Positions 8,601-16,100 of a stretch of 34,962 nt of DNA are shown here, in pieces. Source of the DNA: a virus. Taxonomy: Duplodnaviria; Caudoviricetes. The number at the start of each line of letters is the position of its first letter. The first letter of the stretch is position 1. A program made the position numbers and the translations under genes. Below the pieces are notes generated by a model. It made no database searches. It was not told the origin of the DNA and was given only the letters and a program-made list of their open reading frames with translations. The DNA lies in IMG/VR virus record IMGVR_UViG_3300020151_001762, positions 1 through 34,962 of that record. One strand, given 5' to 3'.

Positions 8601-10162
8601 TTAATGTGTTGCTGGCGCTCTTTCTGGTTAACCCACTTGCCGAAATTAACACCACGGAAATTGAAAACACTCTTTAGGTCTTCCGGCGTTACATCGCGGT
8701 TATTTTCACGGCGCTCAGTGCCCGCACGCTCCCACCAGCTCTCATCTGCCGCAGAGGTATCGCTTTTACTGGTAGCGCTCTTGCGTGATGTTTGCGCCCT
8801 TGCCGCCTCGATTGCCTCCGCCTCGGTGTCGTGCGCGCTCAGCAATGAACGGGTTTTATTAAACAATGCATGCTTACCGGCCAATTGCTCTGCGCGGGCA
8901 TTGGCGGCCTTTTCTGCAGCCTCAACAGTGTCAAATTTACCAAGGCGCTCATAGGTTTTGCCGCGAGGACCAACAATATCCACATAGCCATAGACTGTAT
9001 CGTTAACTGTCTCGGCATAGCCCTTTGGCTCACCCTGCACAACAACGGTATAACCTTGGCGCTGCCACGCCTCTTGTGATGCAGGCCATCCGTCAGCAAT
9101 CGCCTTGACTGCTTTTACGGCAGAGCCAATATCAAAGCTCATGGCGTCAATCGCCTTGTTACCCAACATCATTGCGCGCTTATGATCAGGGGTTCCGCGC
9201 TGCCAGCGGCTTTTTGTTTCAGGGTTGACGGGGAATACCGCATCAAGCATTACTTTAAGCCCGCGAGTATCGCCAAGAGTGGCAATATCAATAGTGCTCA
9301 ATGACCGGCGAGAGGCTTGCGAACCAATTGCAGCAACAATGCCGCGCATCGCATCCATATCGCCAAGAAGGGATTCGGCAGCCTTTCGGGTTTCGTCAAC
9401 CGCACTTATGTATGCCTGCAGTGATTCATCATCGCTTTTTGGGGATTGATTCGGAATGGAATCATAAACTTTCTTAATCAAGTAGGCCGCGAGCTTAAAG
9501 CCATCCTGTTCTGCCTCGGGCACTCCATCAACAATTTGCTCCCAATTAGGCTTTGCCCAAACCTTGGCTTTGCTTGCGAGCTTCACTTTTAGCGTTTCGT
9601 TTTCGTCCTTAATATCATTCCATTTCAGGCCGCCCGCTTTAAACTTGCCTTTTTTGTTCCACGTCAAAGCGTCGCCAACGTCTTGAAGATCCGCTTTTTT
9701 CGGCGATGGCTCAGCCTTGGGCGCTGGAGCGTCATCTGCACCGATTCGGTCTTTAACGGGCAAGGCGGCCTCATCTGGAGCCTCAACATCATCACTCTTG
9801 ATTTCGATGGTATTGATTGGCTCGCTTTCTTTGATGGGCTCTTGAACTTTCTCGACCGAACCAACTGAACCCCTTGCTATTACTGGGCTTTCGCTCTTGA
9901 TTGGCTCTTTATTATCTTGAATGCCAGCCTTAATCTTATTAAACCGCGCAGGCATTTTGCGCTCAAACTCGGCCAGCACTTGCGCTTCAATACCGGCCTT
10001 AACCTCTTTTAATTCGTCCAGCTTATCAAGAATCGCTTGTTCTTCTGCCGCCTGCCGTTCCATGCCGCGCTCAACGTAGTCATTGGCTGCGGTAGACAAG
10101 TCTTCGCGGTCAACGGGCGCCATACGGGACGCATGCTTAATGCTGCAAAGTTTTAAGCTCAT
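2666..10162 (-). CDS. Giant polyvalent internal virion (ejection) protein, 2498 aa
   Basis: LPD1-like zincin domain (FRGVNFG.W, AHEWAHALD, YW..PHEMFARAFE). ART-PolyVal-like ADP-ribosyltransferase (FKNWFGDSKVVD..G.PLVVYHGT, GFYFT, PAYL...NP). Second peptidase-like motif HEVYTH..EE, a GNAT-like segment, and a helical/hydrophobic C-terminal region. Last gene of the virion operon. Confidence 0.88.
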   Translation of the reverse strand: MSLKLCSIKHASRMAPVDREDLSTAANDYVERGMERQAAEEQAILDKLDELKEVKAGIEAQVLAEFERKMPARFNKIKAGIQDNKEPIKSESPVIARGSVGSVEKVQEPIKESEPINTIEIKSDDVEAPDEAALPVKDRIGADDAPAPKAEPSPKKADLQDVGDALTWNKKGKFKAGGLKWNDIKDENETLKVKLASKAKVWAKPNWEQIVDGVPEAEQDGFKLAAYLIKKVYDSIPNQSPKSDDESLQAYISAVDETRKAAESLLGDMDAMRGIVAAIGSQASRRSLSTIDIATLGDTRGLKVMLDAVFPVNPETKSRWQRGTPDHKRAMMLGNKAIDAMSFDIGSAVKAVKAIADGWPASQEAWQRQGYTVVVQGEPKGYAETVNDTVYGYVDIVGPRGKTYERLGKFDTVEAAEKAANARAEQLAGKHALFNKTRSLLSAHDTEAEAIEAARAQTSRKSATSKSDTSAADESWWERAGTERRENNRDVTPEDLKSVFNFRGVNFGKWVNQKERQQHINAAFDALHDLAAVMNIPPSAIGLGGEVGIAFGAQGGGGNFAAHFVPGVNEINITKTMGAGSVAHEWAHALDHYFGVMAGRGRSSNPFASHLADYEAQQMTGADGQLRPEVATAITGIYQAMSKKQESMLEAIAANRRGLEQAKKNLEFSIKQRGVREKIAGNQAAVDALIEIEKGNVGDYVALPVPKGKRKSPGAIPANIKTVFDAMGMTPTEMHRDYIHLQGVSFYVNKKESDINLRKVHTDFYKRSSKREKGAKPYWTTPHEMFARAFESWVLDRLANDGNKNNYLVRADKGEKFAEGDDTFAYPAGEERQIIGEAFDKLIAEINVKENERGDSVLYSLAKESPSSDQTDTAAFKNWFGDSKVVDENGKPLVVYHGTGSDFTVFDSEKVGKNFDQSTLGFYFTNAAEFDLNKGFGFGSTASEYAKNAAGNPNIIPAYLKLNNPLILDDAGEWGGAAAALDVRHSDIARWMAAGNHDGVIAYDATGDDPERIYVVRRSEQIKSATGNNGEFDPSNPDIRYKAKPAGSPSITRDAAQAVVDRISSSWAVDVKVKLVEALSDLPADVRQRLSEDGKSLDDVQAMFHPKTGNIYLNASKLEDATHVEQLIFHEVYTHMGLQALFGDALSGTLSRLYLAMGGQGGIDRLSKSHGIDLSSYNELYKDQRADYRNAVIAEELLAHLAEDTKPSVAKYAKELIGAIRAWLRKNGFAELAAISESDLVYLLKQARETVTKGKQGDTAGLIYALAGLSKQDRKMLNAQRDPLKYSLDGLPEKARKMIEGKGLLELWGLMAQSDEAFSYPTSDSTDIKEVFELVGKQQGITLQRQDFADKLGRKQWAIIRNGEDTGMFVIEKGDEVYLNVALGGPSEGGSALYAAAGNYAYNAGKVFIGDPNGLSDEAVSRRLENMISLALKFGTTKHIRPHARQVKGAAGVDAVSWIEGADSFNLRSMIMASYKNVLKQMPELESLRYDINKDTFVDEDGNEIAPKDFDKINNRIRGEAVARGSVEGVARRKGIPYTTGRRSNQRALLTHTFLRGTSSEKSELLEAVRRGQPESSSLRGILYSLDSNASEKTRFGGFSFGGSKTPRGATLPHQLKEAYNQLGGGHKTLYEKVKTEVKRQLAPRGLLPREIFDLKIARDGVMSADDSQQRYILTDFYEQIVAIYHKPYHELTLATRKEINDYLKGDRTAVKLTDSMIEVLARMRTQIQSLSKSYMNELLLDAANLEADGKLEAAAAKRALIETITENFDSYLHRSYRAFDDPEWPNKVPEDVYQNAINFLAKQYAGDEKPTADHIDEATKKVDLMLHEGTAYDSIGRFISESKLGSKDLSMIKKRKQIAPEIRALLGEYEDPAINYAKSVTKMSRLVHNTAFLRQMTDISLQLGYIFEEENRPLGANKKIAADASEVYAPLNGMYTYPEFEQALRDAVGANTEPDWYKVMVAANGAVKYGKTVLAPTTAVRNFLSASMFSLTSGHWNAVHLEKSVKVVNTYFTGKDVRGSREYIKKLLTLGVLYDAPNYRELQDLIKSVNESEHWLARATRKSKLGKALNFAQEFYALGDDFWKILGFENEKAMLMKHYKMSEADAEKEAAERIRNTYPTYSLTGKGIQWLRRFPVIGSFPSFPAEIIRTTYHKFRYYHKDAKALGHANPAVLAKGVGLALGAGMMAGLSALSASMFDVGDEEEEAIRQMLPEWSKSSSLFFLGRDEKGQVQYMDLGWLDPYGYWKKPIAALARDGDMSARMGDAAWEALSPFLGLDIAAGTVGEYVYNAFFNDSITSEKANEKLFKGLAPGFVNNGLGFLEAANGTVTNSGKKYTLEDEALALIGFRKGTLNAKVGLTYQAYGYADKKRQAAVVLREKATDMGKVDEGDLRAAYEKSMGMHRDAWNDMRRTVKMAMKTGMTQSEAVGALRLSGMSLQDARAIAADREFVYRPSKTMMKTAIMRTGILFDQETQKELIERQKRLQELQREYMEKPAR
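5360..5390 (-). terminator. Intrinsic terminator embedded in the giant ORF
   Basis: Minus strand reads AGAAAAAACCCGC-TTCG-GCGGGTTTTCTTTT: GC stem, cUUCGg loop, U tract. It is also U-rich on the + strand, so possibly bidirectional. Confidence 0.75.
5425..5655 (-). CDS. Putative nested +1-frame gene (76 aa) inside the polyvalent protein gene
   Basis: GAGGA SD 5 nt before ATG 5655. Protein-like composition (12 D/E in 76 aa). The main frame becomes R/G/S-rich over it, and a terminator follows 35 nt downstream. Confidence 0.6.
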   Translation of the reverse strand: MKSLQKTSIKLITVSEAKQWLADQSKEWHEERESRIQRVEEAIRERCSHIPFYAERAAKNPNYWRQCAEDNQNLPV

Positions 10163-10395
10163 TAGTGCTCCAAAAATGAAATAGCAGCCGAAACGATAAC
10201 CAGCACAAGCTCGTCATCATCGGCAGTAAAATGAATAGCGGGAGAATGCAGGCGCGGGGTAGCAGAAAAACCGCCGCCACCCGAAAAAACAGGAGGGTAC
10301 ACAGGGGGGATAGGTATTACGGTAGCCTCAAGCCCAGCAAGAGCGCCAAAGGTTCGCGCTCTAAACGTTCTGGCACCAAAGGTTCTAAGTGCCAT
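10162..10395 (-). CDS. Small hypothetical protein with RTFGAR-type repeats and a DDDEL-hydrophobic C-terminus
   Basis: Fills the gap between the 439-aa and 2498-aa genes with overlapping start/stop codons (TAATG at 10160-10164). Confidence 0.65.
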   Translation of the reverse strand: MALRTFGARTFRARTFGALAGLEATVIPIPPVYPPVFSGGGGFSATPRLHSPAIHFTADDDELVLVIVSAAISFLEH

Positions 10396-11704
10396 CCGCA
10401 ACTATGCCGGTACGGTTGCCAAATTCGTCGGCGGTTACAATTAAGCGATCTTTTGTGTCGGCAATATCGCGGAATCGTTCGGTATCTGTTCCGGCGCCAA
10501 ATACCTTGCCAGCCAAGACAGCGTATTGAATACGCATCATCTGCTCAAAGGTTTTGCCGTTTTCGATGATGTATTCGTGTACAGCCTTCGCAATCTGTTC
10601 AGCAGTCGCGGAACTGGACGCAGCAGGAGCGGGAGCTATTGAGCTGAACACTTTGGTTCGTCGCAACAATGCAGCACCCGCAATAGGCAATATACCGCCA
10701 GTACCTATATGCACAAGCGCACTTTGACCCACTGCAGCTTTTGCCGTGGACGCAGAGCCGGAAATGGCAATACTGCCCAGAGCCTGCAGCGACCTAATGC
10801 GCGTTAGACCAGCCACGCCCGACAACGTAAGGCCGCCTTCGGCACGCAAAAAACAGGTTCGCTTGAGCAGAGCTGCACCGCCAGCAGCAGAACCGCCAGC
10901 GCCGGTATACTGAAATGCACCCAACACGGGCGCTGCGATCTTAGCCGTTTCCGCAGTGCCCGAAACAGAAGCCCCGCCGGTTGCCACGACACGACGAATA
11001 CGCTTTAAGACCGCAATACCAGAAAATAAACTTCCACCAGCGCCAGCGTAAACAAATGAGCTACTGGTCGGCGCAATTTTTGCAGTTGTCGCCTCACCAG
11101 AGAACACCGCCCCGCCAGCAGCCGTATAGGGGAATGAGGCACCGCCAGATGAATAAAAAACCCATTGGCTGTTGTCGGTTGGGAAACTAACCAGCGTGCC
11201 GTTATTGGCAGAATTTAAAAGATCGGGCAGAACAGTACCCGAGCTTACATTTTCCGCGCTGTACAAACGATTGCCGGTAGGTGTGGATATTGCCAACGAG
11301 TACAACCGCTGGGCGTAAATATCGTTGACTAGCCTACCTATGCGCGTAAGCGGCAGGCTAAAAACAGGCGTGACATTCAGCCATGACCGTAGTATTCCGT
11401 CCTTGTAACACTCGGTGACACCCCCGGAACAAACCAGCCTGATAACCGCGCGCTCGCCTACAGTAATAGGGCATGAAAAGGTATAGGTTGTATTCGATGC
11501 TCGAATTCGCACCTGATTAGAGTTGCGAAGCAGCGCAAAGAAGTTCGCGTAACTCGATCCACCATCACCCAAGAACGCATTGTCGATGTTCTGTGGGTCG
11601 TGTTCAGCGGCAATATCAACCACCACCTCCCAATCGCCCGACAGGGTGACGCCCGGAATCGTTACATGGTTAAGGGTGGGCGCAAAATTCAGGTAATACG
11701 GCAT
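10385..11704 (-). CDS. Virion fibre/decoration protein with an N-terminal LamG/ConA-like beta domain and G/A-rich repeats
   Basis: 439 aa. Beta-rich N-terminus ending in LPD.....NGTLVSFP, repeated GG...SG.A units, and C-terminal FRDIADTKDR...TAD..GNRT. Confidence 0.65.
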   Translation of the reverse strand: MPYYLNFAPTLNHVTIPGVTLSGDWEVVVDIAAEHDPQNIDNAFLGDGGSSYANFFALLRNSNQVRIRASNTTYTFSCPITVGERAVIRLVCSGGVTECYKDGILRSWLNVTPVFSLPLTRIGRLVNDIYAQRLYSLAISTPTGNRLYSAENVSSGTVLPDLLNSANNGTLVSFPTDNSQWVFYSSGGASFPYTAAGGAVFSGEATTAKIAPTSSSFVYAGAGGSLFSGIAVLKRIRRVVATGGASVSGTAETAKIAAPVLGAFQYTGAGGSAAGGAALLKRTCFLRAEGGLTLSGVAGLTRIRSLQALGSIAISGSASTAKAAVGQSALVHIGTGGILPIAGAALLRRTKVFSSIAPAPAASSSATAEQIAKAVHEYIIENGKTFEQMMRIQYAVLAGKVFGAGTDTERFRDIADTKDRLIVTADEFGNRTGIVADGT

Positions 11705-12402
11705 TAAACCGACTCCACCACGCCTTCAATCACGTATCGCTCGCCGCGCCAGCGAATCTGGCGCTGAAGCCCGTTGCTTGGGATGGCTTGGTAATAATTT
11801 CCGGCACTATGAACCGCCGTAAAATGCGCGACTCTCACCCAGTGAGCCCAGTCCTCACCGTTGTGTGACTCGCGCATTTCTACACGCACATTGTCAGGCT
11901 CGGGCAGATCAGCCTGTAAGCGCAGCAGCAAGCGCGATGTAACCGGCCCCAAAAGCTCAGTAAATGCGCCGGTCGCCATCAGATCCGGCGCGCGCACAGC
12001 TATCACGTCGCTCAGCGTAACATCCGGGAAATCCGGCTTATCGAACGTGGCCATACTCACCAGTTGCGCACGCTCGTCATCGGTAATCAGCCCAACAGCC
12101 ACCGCAGCATTCAGCATACCCGCCACATTGGGGTCAGCCAGATTAATGCTAAAAGTGCTTTCTGCAGCTAAGTATGCAGGTTGAATAGCCTCAGCCAAGG
12201 CCGCCGCCACTGGCACCTGCCCCGCAGTAGCCGCAGCCAAGCGTGCGCGCAAATTCACAGAGCTGATGAACACCTGTAAAAACTTCAACTGCGCGCCCCG
12301 AATACTGCCCACCGTAGGCGTGACGCGCGAGCGTAACAGCTCAAGGCACGCCGCATGAGTCAACCCGGTGTATTCTGGTTTTTCTAATTCAGCTGCCAAC
12401 AT
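11704..12402 (-). CDS. Hypothetical virion-associated protein (232 aa)
   Basis: Translationally coupled within the operon; normal protein composition. Confidence 0.7.
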   Translation of the reverse strand: MLAAELEKPEYTGLTHAACLELLRSRVTPTVGSIRGAQLKFLQVFISSVNLRARLAAATAGQVPVAAALAEAIQPAYLAAESTFSINLADPNVAGMLNAAVAVGLITDDERAQLVSMATFDKPDFPDVTLSDVIAVRAPDLMATGAFTELLGPVTSRLLLRLQADLPEPDNVRVEMRESHNGEDWAHWVRVAHFTAVHSAGNYYQAIPSNGLQRQIRWRGERYVIEGVVESV

Positions 12403-12407
12403 AGGTA

Positions 12408-12812
12408 TTAATCCATAGTGATTTTTGGGGTAATACGGATGGCATCGCCGTTGTTTGCGATATTGTAAGGCGCCGTCGGGAAACGCTCTGCGTAAGCGAT
12501 CCGGCCAGACGTAGCCCGAACCAAGTAATAACCGTAAACGTCCTGATTTTGGCTGCCTGCGGTAGACGTAAATGATTGCTCGGGGTAACTAGCCTCGGAA
12601 GGTGCGCCCTCGGTAATCGTCCACGTAGCACCGGTTAACGTGATCGGCGCATAGCCGGTAAACGTTGCTTGTGTATAGGTCGCTGCGGTATCGCCCTCAG
12701 CAGGGTTAATGTTGTTCGTGAACAAGCGAAGCACTAAATTTTCTGGTGCCGCATTATTTACGAAATAGCGCAGGGCATCGCCCTCGCCGTGGTTGGGTAC
12801 TAGTAATGGCAT
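12408..12812 (-). CDS. Small beta-rich virion structural (fibre/decoration) protein
   Basis: 134 aa with L.LF.N...P...D......AT..GYA.I.L....W and VYGYY motifs. GGAG SD. Confidence 0.7.
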   Translation of the reverse strand: MPLLVPNHGEGDALRYFVNNAAPENLVLRLFTNNINPAEGDTAATYTQATFTGYAPITLTGATWTITEGAPSEASYPEQSFTSTAGSQNQDVYGYYLVRATSGRIAYAERFPTAPYNIANNGDAIRITPKITMD

Positions 12813-12836
12813 AAAATGCTCCCGTGGATTTAAACA

Positions 12837-13100
12837 TCAAGAATTCCGCCCGCGCTTAGCTACGAGTCCGGTTATCTGGCCTCTGCTATCGCGCTGAACG
12901 GTAAATAAATAGCCATCGGCCGGCTTGTTTTTGGCGATAACTAATGCCAGTTGATTGGCCGCCTCTGCAATCGCGGCAGATAGAGAGCTGGATTGCTGGA
13001 CTAATGCAGCAAGAACCGCAGCGGAGTTATCCGCAGGCTGTGAAGGTGGCTCCTGCTTTTGCGGCTCAACAACGGGGGCTGATTTCTTTTTCGTAATCAT
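12837..13100 (-). CDS. Hypothetical protein (87 aa): coiled segment plus C-terminal TVQRD..G.I.G motif
   Basis: ATG 13100 overlaps the TGA of the upstream gene (ATGA), with a purine-rich SD. Confidence 0.7.
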   Translation of the reverse strand: MITKKKSAPVVEPQKQEPPSQPADNSAAVLAALVQQSSSLSAAIAEAANQLALVIAKNKPADGYLFTVQRDSRGQITGLVAKRGRNS

Positions 13101-16100
13101 TTGCCACCCTTCACGCAAGCCAGCATGGACTCAAAAGTGCTTATGTCATCGTTGACCGATTTAAGCGCATCGCGCGCAGGCACCTTTTCAGTTTCGTACT
13201 GCCCGGTGTCTTCGTTGTAAACCTGATAATCCACCATGAGTGATTTCAGTATTTTGGGGGGAACGCTTTTAAGCAGCTCAGCATTAACGTCAGCCTCGGT
13301 CATTGCTGGTGCTGCAGGCTCAACTTTCTCGGGCTCGCTTTTCTGCGGCTCAGAAACAGCAACCCCAGCGCTTGGCTGGGGTTGTTTTTCGGCCTGAAGC
13401 TCTTTACCTTCGGCGTAAATAGCCGCGAACTCTCGATGAAGTGATGGGGATAGCCGACGAACACTGTCTGCGGCATTTGCATCTATCTCACTAAAATATG
13501 CCGCCGATCCAGTATCTCGATCCATTACTTCCGTAACAGACCGAAGCGCGCCATCTTCATCCGTATAGGTCGTGAATCGCCAAGCAAAAACTTCATCAAG
13601 ATTCTTGAAAAATGGCCTGTCATTCTTTGGGATTTTTACGCTTGTGGTGATTATCCTTGAGGATACAACCTGGGCACCGTCAGGTATCGGTGCCTTGTTC
13701 ATAACCTGTTGTTCAACGTCGCGGCCAAATATTTTTAACTTAAGCGATTCCCCTTTGCTTGCTGGTTGCTTGACGGCCTCTTGATTGCGCAGCGCATCGG
13801 ATTGTTCAAAGCCAGCAATGGCGCGGCTTTCGCTCTTGATCGGCTCTTGATTGCTTGCGCTTATTTCATCGCTAACCGTAGTTGCGGGTTTTTCAGCTGG
13901 CAGAGCACCGGAATCACTGGGGGTTTTTATTTCATCACTAACCGCAGGCTTAGTCGCACGCTTCGCGCGTATCGCCTCGGCCAGTTCACCTAAGCGCATG
14001 GCTTTATAGCCGGGAACGCCAAGGGTTTTGGCGATGGGGCGGGCTTTGATTAGTGACTTATCCCAGCCTTCGGGTAGGTCTACTGGTTGTCGTAGTCCGG
14101 CGTCTCGCCCCGCGCTATCGCTTCTAGGTTCCGCTGATGCCCTGCTCTCAATTCCGCCCGGCGCGCCTCCTGCTTCTGCTGCTTGGCGTTGACGTGGAAC
14201 AGAAAGCCCCGCTTCAACCGCTCCAGGTTCACCGGCTGATCTTTGAACGGGTACTTGAACTCCTTCATCATCTCGTCGGTTACTTCTATATCCGGGTACA
14301 CTATCTCTCTTGCCATTTTGCTCAGGCTCGCTAATTGCGGGTTTGTTGGCCGATACCCATGCAGTCATTGCATAAGTGAGCTTGCCCAGGCTATCGGGGT
14401 AACGCTTTGCGTATTGCTCATGCGCTGCAATTACCTTATCAGGATCAATGCCGTACTGCACCATCGCGTCAGTCATCAATTCATTAAGCGCGGCATCTTC
14501 GGTAGTCGCATCCGCTTCATGCTCGTCACGGTTGCGCCATTGGTCTAGCTCGCGGTTTCCCTTGTTGGCAAGCATGGTGCGGGCGCGCTTTTCCCACTTT
14601 TCACCTATGGCTGCATCGTCGCGCTTAAAGCGATTGGTTGAATCAAGCACCTCTTGCACGATGACTGCTTGGCGAGCGCCCAGCTTTTCGCCGTTAAGCG
14701 CCTTGGTTACTGCCTGCTTAATTTCAGCAGGTGTGCCGAATTCGGCCAGCTCTTTAATGTAATCGGGCGCGGCTTGCGCAGACTGCAACTTGAGCTCATC
14801 TTCCGAAGAGTAGCGCTTGTTTCCGGCCAGTTCACCCAATACCGCCTCAATGGCAGCGCCGGAAACAGGAGCGCCGCTTTCGTCGGTGAACCCGCTAAAA
14901 CCATTCTGCGCGGCAAACTCCGCCAAGTCGTCTGGCGTCATGCCACCGTCAGCACGAAACGCTTTTGCGAATGCCGAGCCGTTTTTGGCTTTCAGATCAG
15001 CAGGATCAACACCTTCGCTCACCCACGCATCGGCATTCAAGCCGCCACTTTTGGCGGCCATTTCCAACAGGCTATCGGCTTTTTCAAACGCGCCCGCATT
15101 GGACTCAACACCCGCAGCCACATCGCTCAGGTGCTCGCGGTAACGGGAGCGCAGAAGGCGAACGTCCTTTAAATTTTCCGGCATGCGCGAGTTGCGTGCC
15201 TTATCGATATTGGCAGAAATCGCCTTTTCCACACCGCTGGCAAGCTGTTCGGTTCTTGCCGGCTGTGTGACAAAATCAATCCCGCCTTGCGGCTGATCAA
15301 GGGGCGCAAGGGTTAGCGGCTCCGGCTTTGGCACCGGCACGCGCTCAAAATTGACGCCACCTTCGTAGGCAATCGGTTTTTGAATAAAGCCGTTTTCTTC
15401 GCCAAACTTGCGCGCCACATCGGCAAGCGTAGTTTCTTGGTCTTCAGCTTGAGGCGATGCGGAAGGAATGGAAATAGCCGCTTCTTGAGCTTTGCGCGCA
15501 TCAATGCGACGACGAAGATTTGAGACAAAAGAATCGGTGTCCAACTCAAACTTGAATCGGTCATTCGGATTTTCAGGATTGCCTGCATCGCGCAGCAAGG
15601 GGCGTTCAACCTCGACGGGTCCAACGCTGCGCATGTTGTCTGGCGTGTCATCAGTAATGCCGCCGCCGACCTCAACACCGCCAAGGTTGCGCAACTGTTC
15701 GCCGTTTTGTGGTAAATCAATACCGTCTTGGTCAATGGTATCAGGACCGGCATTGCGCACATTGCGCCACGAATCAACAGCGCCTCGCCCTGCACCAAGC
15801 GAGCCACCAATACCGCCACCAATCAGCGCGCCCTCAAGCCCTTGCATTGCTGCCTCTTGCAGAGACATAGCCTTGTCGGTTCCGTAACGTTGCCCAACGT
15901 ACTCAAGCACGCCCGTCTGAATGGATTCCGTCAGCGCTTCTACAGTCGCCCCTCTCGCAGCCTCTTTGCCAATTTTCCCCATGGCGTACTTTGTTGCACT
16001 ATTGGCAATAGATCGCGCCTCGGCTTGCGTCATTGTCTCGCCGGGACGAAAGATCATTTTTGGCAACAGTCGTTCAAGCACTCCAGACGCAGTGCCGACC

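Noticed and set aside
14055-14079. Hairpin after the nested 78-aa ORF as a terminator
   Set aside because: Only a 3-4 bp stem and no U tract.
15313-15822. 169-aa same-strand +1-frame ORF in the 1219-aa gene (and similar ORFs at 8839-9099, 9664-9864, 13300-13482, 14707-14916, 17166-17489)
   Set aside because: L/R/S/M/P-rich, acid-poor shadow composition, and the main frame looks normal over them, unlike the two nested candidates.
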